A stretch of 64,000 bases of DNA from Candidatus Sericytochromatia bacterium (GCA_036676495.1 JAKFCT010000091.1:34897-98896), one strand, 5' to 3'. Counted from the first letter of the stretch, positions 37,518 through 47,309 are shown. Made by a program: numbers and translations. The notes: generated by a model not told the origin, from the sequence alone.

Positions 37518-38240
37518 ATGAGCCGTATCATGGCACGGAGGGATCGCGGCCGCTTGCCGCTCGTCATGGCGCTCTCGGTCGGGCTCCATCTCTTGCTGGC
37601 CGTCGCCCTCATGCAGATCCCCCAGTCCCGGGAGATCCTCAAGAAGATCGTCCCCGTGACGATCGTCGCGCGCGAGAAGCCCAAGCCTCCCGCCCCGCCC
37701 AAACCGAAGCCCGCGCCCCCGAAATCCAAGGCGGCCCCCGCCAAGCAGAAGGCCATGACTCCCCAGACCCCGCCCCGCCCGCAGCCGAACCCTCCCTCCC
37801 AGCCGGTCAACGACGCCGCCCGCAGCTTCGGCGTGGCGGACGGGCCCGGCGGGACCATGGAGGTCCCCATGGGAGAAACGCTCGAGGCCGAAGCCACCGC
37901 TTCGGCTCCCTTGCGCCTGAGCTTCGAGGACGACGCGTCCCAGGCCCTGGAGCGGGAGCCCGAGCCTATCGGGCGCCTGCGCGTGAGCTACCCCGAGGTG
38001 GCGCGGCTCGCCGGAGCGACGGGTTCGGCCCTGGTGGAGGCCTGGGTGGGCGCCGACGGCGTGGTCTCACGCGTGGAGGTCCTGGAATCCCGGGGAGGAG
38101 CGGCTTTCGTTCAGGCGGCCAGGGATGCCGTGCGCCTGACGCGCTTCCGGCCGGGCCTGCGGGGAGGAGTTCCCGTGGCATGCAGCGTCGTCCTGCCCGT
38201 GACGTTCACGTTGAGCGAGGTGTCCGATGCGCGGGAGTAG
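37518..38240 (+). CDS. tonB: TonB energy transducer
   Basis: TM with SVGLH, Pro/Lys-rich linker, C-terminal YPEVARLAGATG...FRPG...V..PVTF. Confidence 0.85.
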   Translation: MSRIMARRDRGRLPLVMALSVGLHLLLAVALMQIPQSREILKKIVPVTIVAREKPKPPAPPKPKPAPPKSKAAPAKQKAMTPQTPPRPQPNPPSQPVNDAARSFGVADGPGGTMEVPMGETLEAEATASAPLRLSFEDDASQALEREPEPIGRLRVSYPEVARLAGATGSALVEAWVGADGVVSRVEVLESRGGAAFVQAARDAVRLTRFRPGLRGGVPVACSVVLPVTFTLSEVSDARE

Positions 38241-40473
38241 CCGCTTGCTCGCAGCCGCGCTGGCGGCGACCGTCTTCGCGATGGCCCCGGCCCAGGCGGC
38301 GATGCTCACGGGGCAGGTCCAGGATCGGGAGTCCAAGAGGGCGATCGCCGGAGCGTCCGTCTCCGTGCTCGACGCCAAGGGGGGGACTGGCCTAGGAAAG
38401 GCCAGGACCGACCGGGAGGGACGCTTCACCCTGGAGGGCATCCCGGAAGGCGCTTACCGCCTCAAGGTCGAGGCTCCCGGCTTCCTGCCCTACCTGACTC
38501 CCGCCGTTCCCGCCTCGGACGCGCGCCCGACCCAGCTCTCCGTCGCCCTGAGGCCCGGCGCGGTCAAGCTCGCCCCCCAGGTGGTCTCGGGGGCGCGCCC
38601 CTCCCGCCTGGCGCAGGCCGAAACCAGCAAACGCTCGTTCACCGCCGAGGAGGTGAAGAAGACCGCCGGAGCCCGAAACGACCCCATCCTGGCCGTCACC
38701 AACACCGCCGGGGTGGCCACGGGAGGCTTCTCGGGAGCGCCCGTGGTGCGCGGCGGGGGCCCCAACGACAACCTCTATTACATGGACGGCGTCCAGATCG
38801 GCAACCCCTTTCACTTCGGCGGCCTGGTCAGCGTCTTCAACGCCAACACCATCTCGCGGGTCGACCTCTACACCGGCGCCCTGCCCGCGCGCTTCGGCAA
38901 CGTCATGTCGGCGGTCATCGACGTCGAGACCCGCCCACCCAAGTCGGACGGCCTGCACGGCGTTCTCGACGCGAACTTGCTCTACTCCGAGGGGCTGCTC
39001 GAAGGCCCCCTCACTCCGTTCGCCGCCCTCTCCCTCTCCGGCCGGCGCAGCTACATCGACCTGATCGCGGGCCGCCTCTTCCCCGCCTTCACCGTCTTCC
39101 CGCGCTTCTCGGACTACCAGGGCAAGCTCAGCAGCACCCTGCCCTCCGGAGGGCGGCTCGATCTCTCGGCGATCGGCTCCCAGGACGCCCTGGGCATGAC
39201 GCTCGAAGGCGGAGCGACCGGCCGCGGCTTCGGCTCCATCTCCATGGACTCCGGCTACCGCAGCTCGGGAGCCGTCTGGAGCCAGCCCCTGGGTGACACC
39301 CTCTCCCAGCGCCTCACCCTCAACTACCAGGAACCCTACACCGATCTCGCCATCGGACGATTCCTGACCATCCAGGACTTCCGCTACCAGTGGACCCTCG
39401 CCGACGATCTGGCATGGCAGGTCCATGACCGCCACCAGCTGCGCATGGGCCTGCGCTACGACACCATCAACTTCGTCACCCGCCGGATCCAGCCGGATAC
39501 CACCAGCCTGCGCTCCCGGCCGCGCTCGGGCCCCCCGACTCCCGAGGAGATCGAGGCGCTCCCCAAGCTCTCCACCGACACCTCCGGCAACGAGAAGATC
39601 CTGGGGCTCTACCTGGAAGACGCATGGAAACTCACTGAGGGCCTATCGGTCTCGCTAGGAGCCCGCTACGACCGCCTCCAGAGCACGGCGGAGGATCATC
39701 TGGCCCCGCGGCTGGGCCTATCATGGCGCATGGACTCCGATACCACCTGGCGGCTCGGCTACGGGCAGCAATATCAGTTCCCCGAGCCGTCTCGGATACT
39801 GCCCGGCATCGGCAATCCCGGCCTGCGCGCCGCCTATTCCCGAGATGCCGTGGCCGGGATCGACCGGCAGATCTCCGAGTGGCTTCTCGGCAAGTTCGAG
39901 ATCTACCACCGGGACCTCGTGGGCCTGACGATCTCGGATCCCGAGCAGCGCTACACCAACCTCGGCTCGGGACGGGCCTTCGGCGCCGAGGCCACCCTGG
40001 AGCTGGCGCGCTGGAACGGCTGGAGCGGCTCCCTGGCCTTGACCGCGGCTCGGGCCTTCCGGACGACGCCGCAGAACGGGGAGATCCCTTACGACTACGA
40101 TCAGCCCTTCATCGGGAACCTCTCGGTGATCGGCCCCGCATGGGCGGATTGGTCCCCGTCCCTGCGCCTGCGTTATTCCACCGGACGGCCTTACACTCCG
40201 GTGGTCGATCGCCGCCAATTGCCCGACGGGACCTTCGAGCCGGTCAACGGGAGCCCCAACTCGGCCCGCTACCCGGACGGGATCACCTGGTCCTTCCGGG
40301 CGGAGCATCCCGCCGGCATCATGGGGGCGACCGGAAGCTTCTACGTCGAGGTCACCCAGCAGCGCGAGGTCTTCGGAGTGGATTACGGGGAGAATTACGA
40401 GCGGATCGCCGATCCGATCTACAACTACGGCCTGCCGGTCATCCCGTACCTGGGCTACCAGCTCACTTTCTAG
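38227..40473 (+). CDS. TonB-dependent outer membrane receptor with N-terminal carboxypeptidase-regulatory-like domain
   Basis: Signal peptide; GQVQD...IAGASV...TDREGRF; plug VRGGGPNDNLYYMDGVQIGNPFH, GALPARFGN; APRLG; C-terminal Phe (YQLTF). Confidence 0.9.
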   Translation: MRGSSRLLAAALAATVFAMAPAQAAMLTGQVQDRESKRAIAGASVSVLDAKGGTGLGKARTDREGRFTLEGIPEGAYRLKVEAPGFLPYLTPAVPASDARPTQLSVALRPGAVKLAPQVVSGARPSRLAQAETSKRSFTAEEVKKTAGARNDPILAVTNTAGVATGGFSGAPVVRGGGPNDNLYYMDGVQIGNPFHFGGLVSVFNANTISRVDLYTGALPARFGNVMSAVIDVETRPPKSDGLHGVLDANLLYSEGLLEGPLTPFAALSLSGRRSYIDLIAGRLFPAFTVFPRFSDYQGKLSSTLPSGGRLDLSAIGSQDALGMTLEGGATGRGFGSISMDSGYRSSGAVWSQPLGDTLSQRLTLNYQEPYTDLAIGRFLTIQDFRYQWTLADDLAWQVHDRHQLRMGLRYDTINFVTRRIQPDTTSLRSRPRSGPPTPEEIEALPKLSTDTSGNEKILGLYLEDAWKLTEGLSVSLGARYDRLQSTAEDHLAPRLGLSWRMDSDTTWRLGYGQQYQFPEPSRILPGIGNPGLRAAYSRDAVAGIDRQISEWLLGKFEIYHRDLVGLTISDPEQRYTNLGSGRAFGAEATLELARWNGWSGSLALTAARAFRTTPQNGEIPYDYDQPFIGNLSVIGPAWADWSPSLRLRYSTGRPYTPVVDRRQLPDGTFEPVNGSPNSARYPDGITWSFRAEHPAGIMGATGSFYVEVTQQREVFGVDYGENYERIADPIYNYGLPVIPYLGYQLTF

Positions 40474-40480
40474 AGCGAAC

Positions 40481-40579
40481 GTCGTTTCTACAGGTCAGCT
40501 ACGCTGCCTTTCGAAACAGCCGCGATTCTAAGCCTGTCGTTTCTACAGGTCAGCTACGCTGCCTTTCGAAACAGCCGCG
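40481..40579 (+). repeat. 44-bp direct repeat (2 copies, 55-bp period), partly shared with 2500-2529
   Basis: GTCGTTTCTACAGGTCAGCTACGCTGCCTTTCGAAACAGCCGCG at 40481-40524 and 40536-40579. Confidence 0.9.
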
Positions 40580-40596
40580 GGCGCTAATGCCGCCCG

Positions 40597-41805
40597 CTAG
40601 TTTGCGCCGAAGAACTCCGCGACCTTCTCGCCGAAGCTGCGCTTGGGGCGCGGGGTCTCGGCCGTCACCTCGGGGAGGTTCTCGCCGAAGGCCGCCTTGA
40701 AGAGGTTGATCTCGCCGTAGCCGTAGCCGATGTCCTTGCCGGGCGTGCCGCGGTCGTCGACGGCCCGCGTCAGGTGCTCCATGACCTGCTTGGCGGTCCA
40801 GTCGGGGTGCTGGGCGATCACGAGCGCGGCGGCGCCGGCCACGTAGGGAGCCGCCATGCTCGTGCCCTGAAGCTTCTTGTACGTGGCGCCCTCGCCCGGA
40901 ATGGCCGAGAGGATGTCGACGCCGGGGGCTGCGATTTCGAGCTCGGCGCCTCCGTTGGAGAAGCTGGCGCGCTTGTGAGCGTGGGTCACGGCGCCGACCG
41001 TGAGCACGTCGGGGAGGCTCGCGGGATGGTAGGTGGAGATGTCGTCCTTGCCGTCGTTGCCGGAGGCCGCCACGACGACCACTCCCTTGGCCTGCGCGTA
41101 CGCGATGGCGGCCTTCAGCTCGGGCATCTGCTCCCAGAGGCCGGCCTTCTTCATCGCGGCCTCGGTGCCGCCCAGGCTCATGTTGATGACCTTCGCGCCG
41201 TTGTCTGCGGCATAGCGGATGCCCTTGGCGATCGTGGCAGGCTCGGCCTTGCCGTCCTTCCTGAAGACTTTGACGGGCATGATCTGGGCGTCGCGCGCCA
41301 CGCCGCCCGCTCCGTCCTTGAGGCCCCAGCCCCCGGCGACGATGCCGGCCACATGGGTGCCGTGCCCCTGGGTATCGGTGACGTCCGTGCCGCCGTCGAC
41401 GGCGTTGTAAGGCTTGACGATCCTCCCCTCGAAGGCGGGGTGATCCATGTCGAGGCCGGTGTCCAGCACCGCCACCACGACCTTGGAGGCATCGATCTCG
41501 GCGAAGCCGTCATCCGTGGAGAGAACCTTGCCGGCGATGCCGTCCACGCTGGCCTCGCGGCCCGGCTTGAGCAAGGGACCGCCAGGCTTGGCGATCCGGG
41601 ACTCGGTCGCCAGGTAGGCGCTGGAGAGCAAGACCACATCGGATCCGAGGTCGACGAGGGCGGAGGGCTTCCGATCCTTCTTGGCTTCGGCAGCCAGCTG
41701 CTCGCGGTTGGCGGGAGTGTCCGCGAGGCGCCGCACCGCGACGTTCTGGGCGCGGCCGCTCGAGCCCCAGGTGACGTTGGAACGGTTCTCTGCGACTCCG
41801 GCCAT
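40597..41805 (-). CDS. Subtilisin-family (S8) serine peptidase without signal peptide
   Basis: Catalytic motifs VAVLDTG, HGTHVAG, GTSMAAPYVAG; AASGN oxyanion; RBS AAGGAGG. Confidence 0.92.
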   Translation of the reverse strand: MAGVAENRSNVTWGSSGRAQNVAVRRLADTPANREQLAAEAKKDRKPSALVDLGSDVVLLSSAYLATESRIAKPGGPLLKPGREASVDGIAGKVLSTDDGFAEIDASKVVVAVLDTGLDMDHPAFEGRIVKPYNAVDGGTDVTDTQGHGTHVAGIVAGGWGLKDGAGGVARDAQIMPVKVFRKDGKAEPATIAKGIRYAADNGAKVINMSLGGTEAAMKKAGLWEQMPELKAAIAYAQAKGVVVVAASGNDGKDDISTYHPASLPDVLTVGAVTHAHKRASFSNGGAELEIAAPGVDILSAIPGEGATYKKLQGTSMAAPYVAGAAALVIAQHPDWTAKQVMEHLTRAVDDRGTPGKDIGYGYGEINLFKAAFGENLPEVTAETPRPKRSFGEKVAEFFGAN

Positions 41806-41850
41806 GGATTCCCCTCCTTCAGCGAACGGCTGCTTAACAGAACTTAGAGC

Positions 41851-41909
41851 CTTATCGCCTCCGGAAGCGCTCCCCTGACGCCATGGGATTTAAGCTTGGG
41901 TGAAGCATG
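41851..41909 (-). promoter_or_regulatory. Sigma28-like -10 box (GGCGATAAG) with upstream 11-bp-period direct repeats
   Basis: Minus strand CATGCTTCA-CC-CAAGCTTAA-N30-GGCGATAAG, 46 nt before ATG 41805. Confidence 0.6.
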
Positions 41910-41940
41910 GGGAAAGAGTGCGTGATCCGGTCCGCCGGAG

Positions 41941-41980
41941 AAAACCGGGCCCCGCCAGGAGTACTCCTGGCGGGGCCCGG
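41941..41980 (-). terminator. Rho-independent terminator of the lipoprotein operon
   Basis: Perfect palindrome CCGGGCCCCGCCAGGAGTACTCCTGGCGGGGCCCGG followed by TTTT on the minus strand. Confidence 0.8.
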
Positions 41981-41997
41981 GGCGTTCGCGCGCCGGA

Positions 41998-42858
41998 TCA
42001 GTGGCGGTAGAAGCTGGCTTCGGTGGTGATCGGCGGATTGGCCACGTCGATCCGGAACCGCAGCGAGCCGGTCGCCGTCTCGGGCGCCACCAGGCTGGTG
42101 ATCCGGTACTGGCCGTCTCCGAGGTCCGCGAAGGTGTCGATGGGCATGGGCGCTCCGGGGTCCTCCTCCTCCTGTGCCGTCGGGGGGGTGTAGAGGTGGA
42201 GGATGAAGAACTCCTTCGAGATCCCCGGGACGGCCTTGCCCTGTGCATCCGTGACCTTGAACGTGATCGTCGCGTCCTTCAGGTTCGGGGTGAGTTTGAG
42301 CTCCTCTTCGGGGACGGTGTAAGACGTGGTGAACGCCACCTGGGTCATCGAGATCGGAACGGCAAGGTAGAGGGAGCCCCCGCTCGGGACGCTGAGCGTG
42401 AGCGCCCCGGTGGTCTCCTTGGGGAAGGCGAACTGGTACGCGCGGTCGAAGAGGGAGATCGACCGGGCGGGGGTCGTGCCCCGCGTGACGCTCAGCTGCG
42501 GATGGGGCTGCCCGTGGGTTTGGGCGAGGACGGCGATCATCGTCGCCTCGTCCGCGGAAGCGGCCAGCTCGTAATGGCTCTCATCCTCGTCGTAGCGCTT
42601 GAGCCAGACCATCGTGCTCCCGACGGGGAGCGAGCCCATCTCGGCGATGGGGAGCAGGCGGGCGATAGTCAGACCTGCCTGCAGGAGCTGCGAGGTGCTC
42701 GAGACGATGGTGGCGTCCTCGATCTGGGCCGAGAGGATTCCCTGGACCTTCTGGCCGCGGGGGCCGGCGTCGGGAGTGCCGGGGGTCGAAAGGGGCGGAA
42801 CGCTGCTGCAGCCGAGAAGGGCCGCGAGCGAGAGCGTGGCGATGAGCTTGAGCTGCAT
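41998..42858 (-). CDS. Lipoprotein with C-terminal Ig-like domain (paralog 3)
   Basis: Lipobox LLGC; ATITFKVTDAQGKAVPGISKEFF...DLGDGQYRI. Confidence 0.75.
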   Translation of the reverse strand: MQLKLIATLSLAALLGCSSVPPLSTPGTPDAGPRGQKVQGILSAQIEDATIVSSTSQLLQAGLTIARLLPIAEMGSLPVGSTMVWLKRYDEDESHYELAASADEATMIAVLAQTHGQPHPQLSVTRGTTPARSISLFDRAYQFAFPKETTGALTLSVPSGGSLYLAVPISMTQVAFTTSYTVPEEELKLTPNLKDATITFKVTDAQGKAVPGISKEFFILHLYTPPTAQEEEDPGAPMPIDTFADLGDGQYRITSLVAPETATGSLRFRIDVANPPITTEASFYRH

Positions 42859-42884
42859 GGGGAGCGGTTTCCTTTCTTCGAGTC

Positions 42885-43817
42885 TCAAGGCGTCACCTCC
42901 TGCTGGACCCTCGGATTCCCCACCTGGAGGATCAGCGTCCGGGTCATGGCTCCCTTCCCGCTCAAGCGTTCGAAGGTGGAGACGACCTGGTACTTGCCCG
43001 GCGAGGTCTCCGCGACCGATCGGACCTTCCCCTTGAGCGACTGGTTGTTGAACTCGTCGAGGGGGGTCGAGATCGTGAAGTTCGCCGCCGTGAGGCCCGT
43101 GCTGGGCTTGCCGTCCAGCTCGTTGACGGCCACGGTCAGCGAGGCCGTCGCGTCATGAAAGGCTATCCAGTTATGTTGCGACTCCGGAATGGTCACGCTC
43201 TCGTCGAACGTCCAGTAAGCGGGCGGACCCGGGGGAGTGTCGGCGTTCCGGTGGGGCACCAACGCGCGGAGCGGACTTGCGGCGGCACGCGCCACCACGA
43301 GATCGCCCTTGGCGTCCTCCGGGAAGCTGACCGTCATGAGATTGGCCTCGAGGCTTCGGGTCACATCCGCCTTCCCGCCCAACGTGACTCCGAGCTCCTG
43401 CCAGTGATCCGCCGGATCCGCCCTGCGGAAGACATGGGTGTAGTCTTCCGGATGCGTGCTGCTGGTCCAGTAGTCGACGACGTACTGCCCGGGCTCTCCG
43501 CCCTCGAGCGCTTTGACGAGCTTGTCGCCGCCCGTGGGGGTCGTCGCGCTCATCTCGAGCAGGAAGCCGAGATCGCTGAGGGTGATCTCGAACCGGGCCT
43601 TGCCGAGCGTGAAGGTGGAGGCCTGGAGCTCGGCCTTGATCAGGCCGAGCGTATTGATCTCGAGGGCCGGCTGATCGCCTCCGGGGCTTTGGCTCGCCGA
43701 GGGACTGGGATCGGGATCCGCGCTGGTGCCCGGCCCAGGGTTCGGGCAGCCGGTCAAGGCGATCGCCAGGGCGAGGAGTGAGAATCGAAGCTTCACGGAA
43801 GACATCCCTTTCATCAT
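42885..43817 (-). CDS. Lipoprotein with C-terminal Ig-like domain (paralog 2)
   Basis: Lipobox LTGC; ASLTVAVNELDGKPSTGLTAANF...ETSPGKYQV. Confidence 0.75.
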   Translation of the reverse strand: MMKGMSSVKLRFSLLALAIALTGCPNPGPGTSADPDPSPSASQSPGGDQPALEINTLGLIKAELQASTFTLGKARFEITLSDLGFLLEMSATTPTGGDKLVKALEGGEPGQYVVDYWTSSTHPEDYTHVFRRADPADHWQELGVTLGGKADVTRSLEANLMTVSFPEDAKGDLVVARAAASPLRALVPHRNADTPPGPPAYWTFDESVTIPESQHNWIAFHDATASLTVAVNELDGKPSTGLTAANFTISTPLDEFNNQSLKGKVRSVAETSPGKYQVVSTFERLSGKGAMTRTLILQVGNPRVQQEVTP

Positions 43818-43820
43818 CGC

Positions 43821-44714
43821 CTAGTACTCCGCGTCATGAATCAGCGGCTGGTTCTGGATCGTGAGATCGAGCACGTAGGCGCTGGGGGTGAAGTACAACT
43901 CGGTGAGCATGACGTCGAGCTGGTATTTCCCGGCCTGCAGCTCCTTCACGACGATCGTCCGCTTGTTTTGCGCAACGGCGTATTCGCCCTGGCCGTCCTT
44001 GACGAGGATGTCGACGAGGAAGTTATCGGCCTTCAAGCCCAAGAGGGGATCGCCCTTGGCGTCCTTGAGGGTGACCTCGGTGGCGAGGCGGGCTTTCCGG
44101 AATGCCGACCAGGGGATGAAGTACCCGTTCGCCGTGATCTCGTAGGAGGCGGGCGTGCCGGGGATCGAGCGGAACGCGCGAAGCGTGCCTTCCTCCCGCG
44201 TGCGCATCCGCGCCGCGTAGTCGGTCGACTCGAGGAAGGGGATGCTGATGAGGCCGGATGCATCCCGGGTAGGCGATACCACGATCGCTGGGCTCTCGGT
44301 GTTCAGCCGCTCGAAGGTCAAGTCGGCGTAGTCCGCCTCGCGCAGGTTCGCGAACCGGTAGAAGCGATGGGTGGCTTCACTCTCGGAGCTCACGTGGATC
44401 CAGCGCTCGCCCTCCTCTGCGGTCGCCGCTTCATGCTTGATGAGGGTGACCCCCACGGCGTCGGCAGGAGGCTGGGTGTCGAGGGAAACGAGGTGGCCCA
44501 GGTGCTCGTTGAGGCGCTGGGAGGTGATCTCGTATCCCTGGCTGAACGCGACCGTGGTGGAGCTGAGCGAGGCGGAGAGCAGGCCCTGGGTGCGCAGGGC
44601 GACGTGCTGGGTGGAGGAGGCGTGAAGGTCGGTCGCGGGGACCTGAGGGACTGCGGTGCATCCGGCGAGCGCTGCAGTGAGCACGGCTATCGCCAGAAGA
44701 GGCTTCTTGCGCAT
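43821..44714 (-). CDS. Lipoprotein with C-terminal Ig-like domain (paralog 1)
   Basis: RBS AGGAAGG, ATG 44714, lipobox LAGC; TEVTLKDAKGDPLLGLKADNF...ELQAGKYQL. Confidence 0.75.
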   Translation of the reverse strand: MRKKPLLAIAVLTAALAGCTAVPQVPATDLHASSTQHVALRTQGLLSASLSSTTVAFSQGYEITSQRLNEHLGHLVSLDTQPPADAVGVTLIKHEAATAEEGERWIHVSSESEATHRFYRFANLREADYADLTFERLNTESPAIVVSPTRDASGLISIPFLESTDYAARMRTREEGTLRAFRSIPGTPASYEITANGYFIPWSAFRKARLATEVTLKDAKGDPLLGLKADNFLVDILVKDGQGEYAVAQNKRTIVVKELQAGKYQLDVMLTELYFTPSAYVLDLTIQNQPLIHDAEY

Positions 44715-44839
44715 GGACGGTCCTTCCTGAGGCGAACAAGTCGGCAGAATTGACGTATTGTAAGCCAAGCCGCCGAAATTGTCATGCCTAGAACCGGATC
44801 CCTGGTAAATCAATCGTCGGTGCTGCCGGCCCCTGCGCC

Positions 44840-44881
44840 CGAGACAAGGGGGGGAGGCGAACGCCTCCCCCCCTTGTCTCG
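44840..44881 (-). terminator. 20-bp stem-loop after the DsbA-family gene
   Basis: CGAGACAAGGGGGGGAGGCG-AA-CGCCTCCCCCCCTTGTCTCG. Confidence 0.7.
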
Positions 44882-45850
44882 CTAGTTCGAGGTCGCGGCC
44901 GGCGGGACGGGGCCGCAGATGCCGGTCTTCATGTCGCAGGCCATGCCTCCGTCCAATCCCTCGCCCTCCCAGGAGACGATCGAATTGAAGAGGGTGCTTC
45001 CGGCGAGGCTTGCGCCCCCCAGCTCCCAGATCTCGCCCGTGCGGAGCGGCACCCGTCGGATCCCGGCGTCCTGCTCGGCCTGAAGCTCGGATACCGGCTT
45101 GCCGAGGGTCTCGGAGAGCTCCCGGGGGGTCATGGCGCCGTGCGCGGCCAGGAGCTCCGGAAGGCTGCGGGGGGCATGGGCGACGAGGTCGGGGGCGACC
45201 TGCTTGAGGACCCGCTCGAAGGTGGCGAAGTCGCGGGCGCCTCCCATGAGGATGGGGCGGGCCTGGCTCTCAGGATCCCCGCTCATGACCAGGAAGGTCG
45301 GGAAGGAGCGGACGCCCACCTGAGCCCCGATCTGGCGATCTTCATGGAAGGCCCGGGCGGCGCGGCCATCGGCGATCGCCTGCTTGAACTGCTCGACATC
45401 CAGCCCCGGAGTGGCCTCGGCGATCGCCTCGTAAACCCCCGGATCCGACGCATTGCGCCCTTCCGCCTGGGCGGCCCTCCTCAAGCGCCGCAGGTAAGCC
45501 TCTCCCAGGGTGTCGCTTTGCAAGGTCGCCGCCTTGACGGCGATGCAGGCCGGCCAGGTGCTCCAGTGGGGATCCTGGTTCTCGCGCATGAAGCTGCCGT
45601 CGATGGGCTGACCCGTGCGGTGTCCGACTTCCTCCCAGTGCGGAGCGACGTCGGCCGTCGACGAGATGCCGTTCATCGGGTCCAGGAAGTTGGCCATGTC
45701 CTCGACCAGCCCTCCCATGACGGGCCGGATCTGGAGCTGATCGCGGTAGACTTCCTTGGCGCGGTAAAGCACCGGCTCCATGGCCCAGCACCAGGAGCAG
45801 AAGGGGTCGCTGAAGTAGAGAACTTCGACCTTGGGGGTTTGAGCCGTCAT
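44882..45850 (-). CDS. DsbA/thioredoxin-fold protein (YjbH/SpxH-like)
   Basis: YFSDPFCSWCW, MGGL, PACIAVKAA, YLRRLR, GVRSFPT; C-terminal ACDMKTGIC. Confidence 0.82.
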   Translation of the reverse strand: MTAQTPKVEVLYFSDPFCSWCWAMEPVLYRAKEVYRDQLQIRPVMGGLVEDMANFLDPMNGISSTADVAPHWEEVGHRTGQPIDGSFMRENQDPHWSTWPACIAVKAATLQSDTLGEAYLRRLRRAAQAEGRNASDPGVYEAIAEATPGLDVEQFKQAIADGRAARAFHEDRQIGAQVGVRSFPTFLVMSGDPESQARPILMGGARDFATFERVLKQVAPDLVAHAPRSLPELLAAHGAMTPRELSETLGKPVSELQAEQDAGIRRVPLRTGEIWELGGASLAGSTLFNSIVSWEGEGLDGGMACDMKTGICGPVPPAATSN

Positions 45851-45874
45851 GAGGGGCGTCCTTTCGCGGGAAAG

Positions 45875-45892
45875 TCTCTCGAACTAGAGAGA
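45875..45892. promoter_or_regulatory. Putative MarR (MhqR-like) operator
   Basis: Imperfect palindrome TCTCTCGAACTAGAGAGA upstream of the DsbA gene; AAAGTCTCTCGA is shared with 46373-46384. Confidence 0.6.
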
Positions 45893-45908
45893 ATCGGGGA
45901 AATAAAAA

Positions 45909-46358
45909 CTAGGCCTGCTGCAGGCCGAGCTTCCGGCAGAGGCGCCGGAGCTCGTCTTGCTCGCCGGGGGTGAGGACGGAGAGGTCGGCCCGGATGGCGT
46001 CGACTTGGGCGGGGAAGACCTCGGTGATGAGCGCATGGCCGGCGTCGGTGAGGTGAATGGTGATCATGCGGCGATCGCTCTGGCTGCGCTCCCGGCGGAT
46101 CAGCGCGCGCTTTTCCAGGTTGTCCAGGATCAGCGTGACGTTGCCGGAGCTGCGCAGGAGCTTGGAGCAGAGGTCCCGCGGGCTGAGCGGCCCGAGGTGG
46201 TGAAGGATTTCCAGCACGCCGAACTGCCCGATGCTCAGGCTCGAGGTCGCGAGGTGGCGATGCACCCGGGCGGAGACGGAGTCGCTCGCTCGCATCAAGG
46301 CGATGTAGGCGTTCAAGGCGCGCTGTTCCTCGGGAGTGCCGGAGTGCTGGGTGGGCAT
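45909..46358 (-). CDS. MarR-family transcriptional regulator (MhqR-like)
   Basis: LSIGQFGVLEILHHLGPL, SSGNVTLILDNLEKRALIRR, DRR...LTDAG. Confidence 0.92.
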   Translation of the reverse strand: MPTQHSGTPEEQRALNAYIALMRASDSVSARVHRHLATSSLSIGQFGVLEILHHLGPLSPRDLCSKLLRSSGNVTLILDNLEKRALIRRERSQSDRRMITIHLTDAGHALITEVFPAQVDAIRADLSVLTPGEQDELRRLCRKLGLQQA

Positions 46359-46376
46359 GATTACCTCTAACTAAAG

Positions 46377-46394
46377 TCTCTCGATATCAAGATA
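46377..46394. promoter_or_regulatory. Putative MarR autoregulatory operator
   Basis: TCTCTCGATATCAAGATA imperfect palindrome just upstream of the marR start. Confidence 0.6.
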
Positions 46395-46508
46395 TCTCCG
46401 TCCAGGCCTTTCGTCAAGGCCTCGATCGGGCGCTGCCGCGCTCCAGGAGGACATGCCACGCTGTATGATAGCGTAGGAAGACGCTTTGGCGCATGAGGGA
46501 CGGTAGAC

Positions 46509-47309
46509 GTGATTGGAATCGGCATCACCACCCATAACCGGATGGCCGTGCTCCAGGAGACCCTGGAGGCGATCGCCCGGCATTCCACGCTTCCTTACCG
46601 CCTGGCGGTGGTCAGCGACGGCTCCACGGACGGCACCGACGACTTCCTGCGAGACTACCATCCCGGCGGAGCCTGCCACGCCTACACTCCCGTCTTCCCC
46701 GAGTCCCGCCTGGGCCCCGCGCGCGGCAAGAATGCCTGCTTGCAACAGCTCCGGGACTGCCGTTACTTGCTCTTGCTCGACGACGACTGCCGCCCGCGCC
46801 ACGACGACTGGCTGGACTTCTTCTGGGAGGCGCACCAGGCCACGGGCATCCACCACTTCTCCTACCTGACGGAGGCCCACGGCGACCCTGCCCGGCATGA
46901 GCTCGGCGGCACGATCGTGAACAGCTACCCCAAGTCCGGCGGGGTTTTCATGACGGTCAGCCCGCGCATGCTGGCTGACCTCGGGGGCTTCAACCCCCGC
47001 TACCGCGGCTACGGCCACTATTTTCACGCCTCTTACTCGATCCGAGCCCAGCGGGCGGGGTTGCAGCGGGACTTGGGGGCATTCTTGAGCTTGGAAGGCA
47101 CGGAGCGCATGCTGCACGCGCTGGATTACGACGTGATCGCCGATAGCTTGCAGGCTTCCCAGCTCAGCAGCCTGGACGCCCGCGCGCGCCGGAAGCACCA
47201 TGCGCACAACACGGGCGTCTTTCGCCGGGATTCCAAGGGAGCGCTCTTCCAGCCGGTCACGACCACGGAGCCTCCGAGCTTCTGGGCCCGCCTGCGGGGG
47301 CGCGTCTGA
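46509..47309 (+). CDS. Glycosyltransferase family 2
   Basis: IGITTHNR, VVSDGSTDGT, GPARGKN, LLLDDD, LGGFNPRY. Confidence 0.85.
   Translation: MIGIGITTHNRMAVLQETLEAIARHSTLPYRLAVVSDGSTDGTDDFLRDYHPGGACHAYTPVFPESRLGPARGKNACLQQLRDCRYLLLLDDDCRPRHDDWLDFFWEAHQATGIHHFSYLTEAHGDPARHELGGTIVNSYPKSGGVFMTVSPRMLADLGGFNPRYRGYGHYFHASYSIRAQRAGLQRDLGAFLSLEGTERMLHALDYDVIADSLQASQLSSLDARARRKHHAHNTGVFRRDSKGALFQPVTTTEPPSFWARLRGRV

Noticed and set aside
40481-40579. Mini-CRISPR (two 44-bp repeats)
   Set aside because: The intervening sequence is only 11 bp, there are two copies and no cas genes; a tandem duplication fits better.
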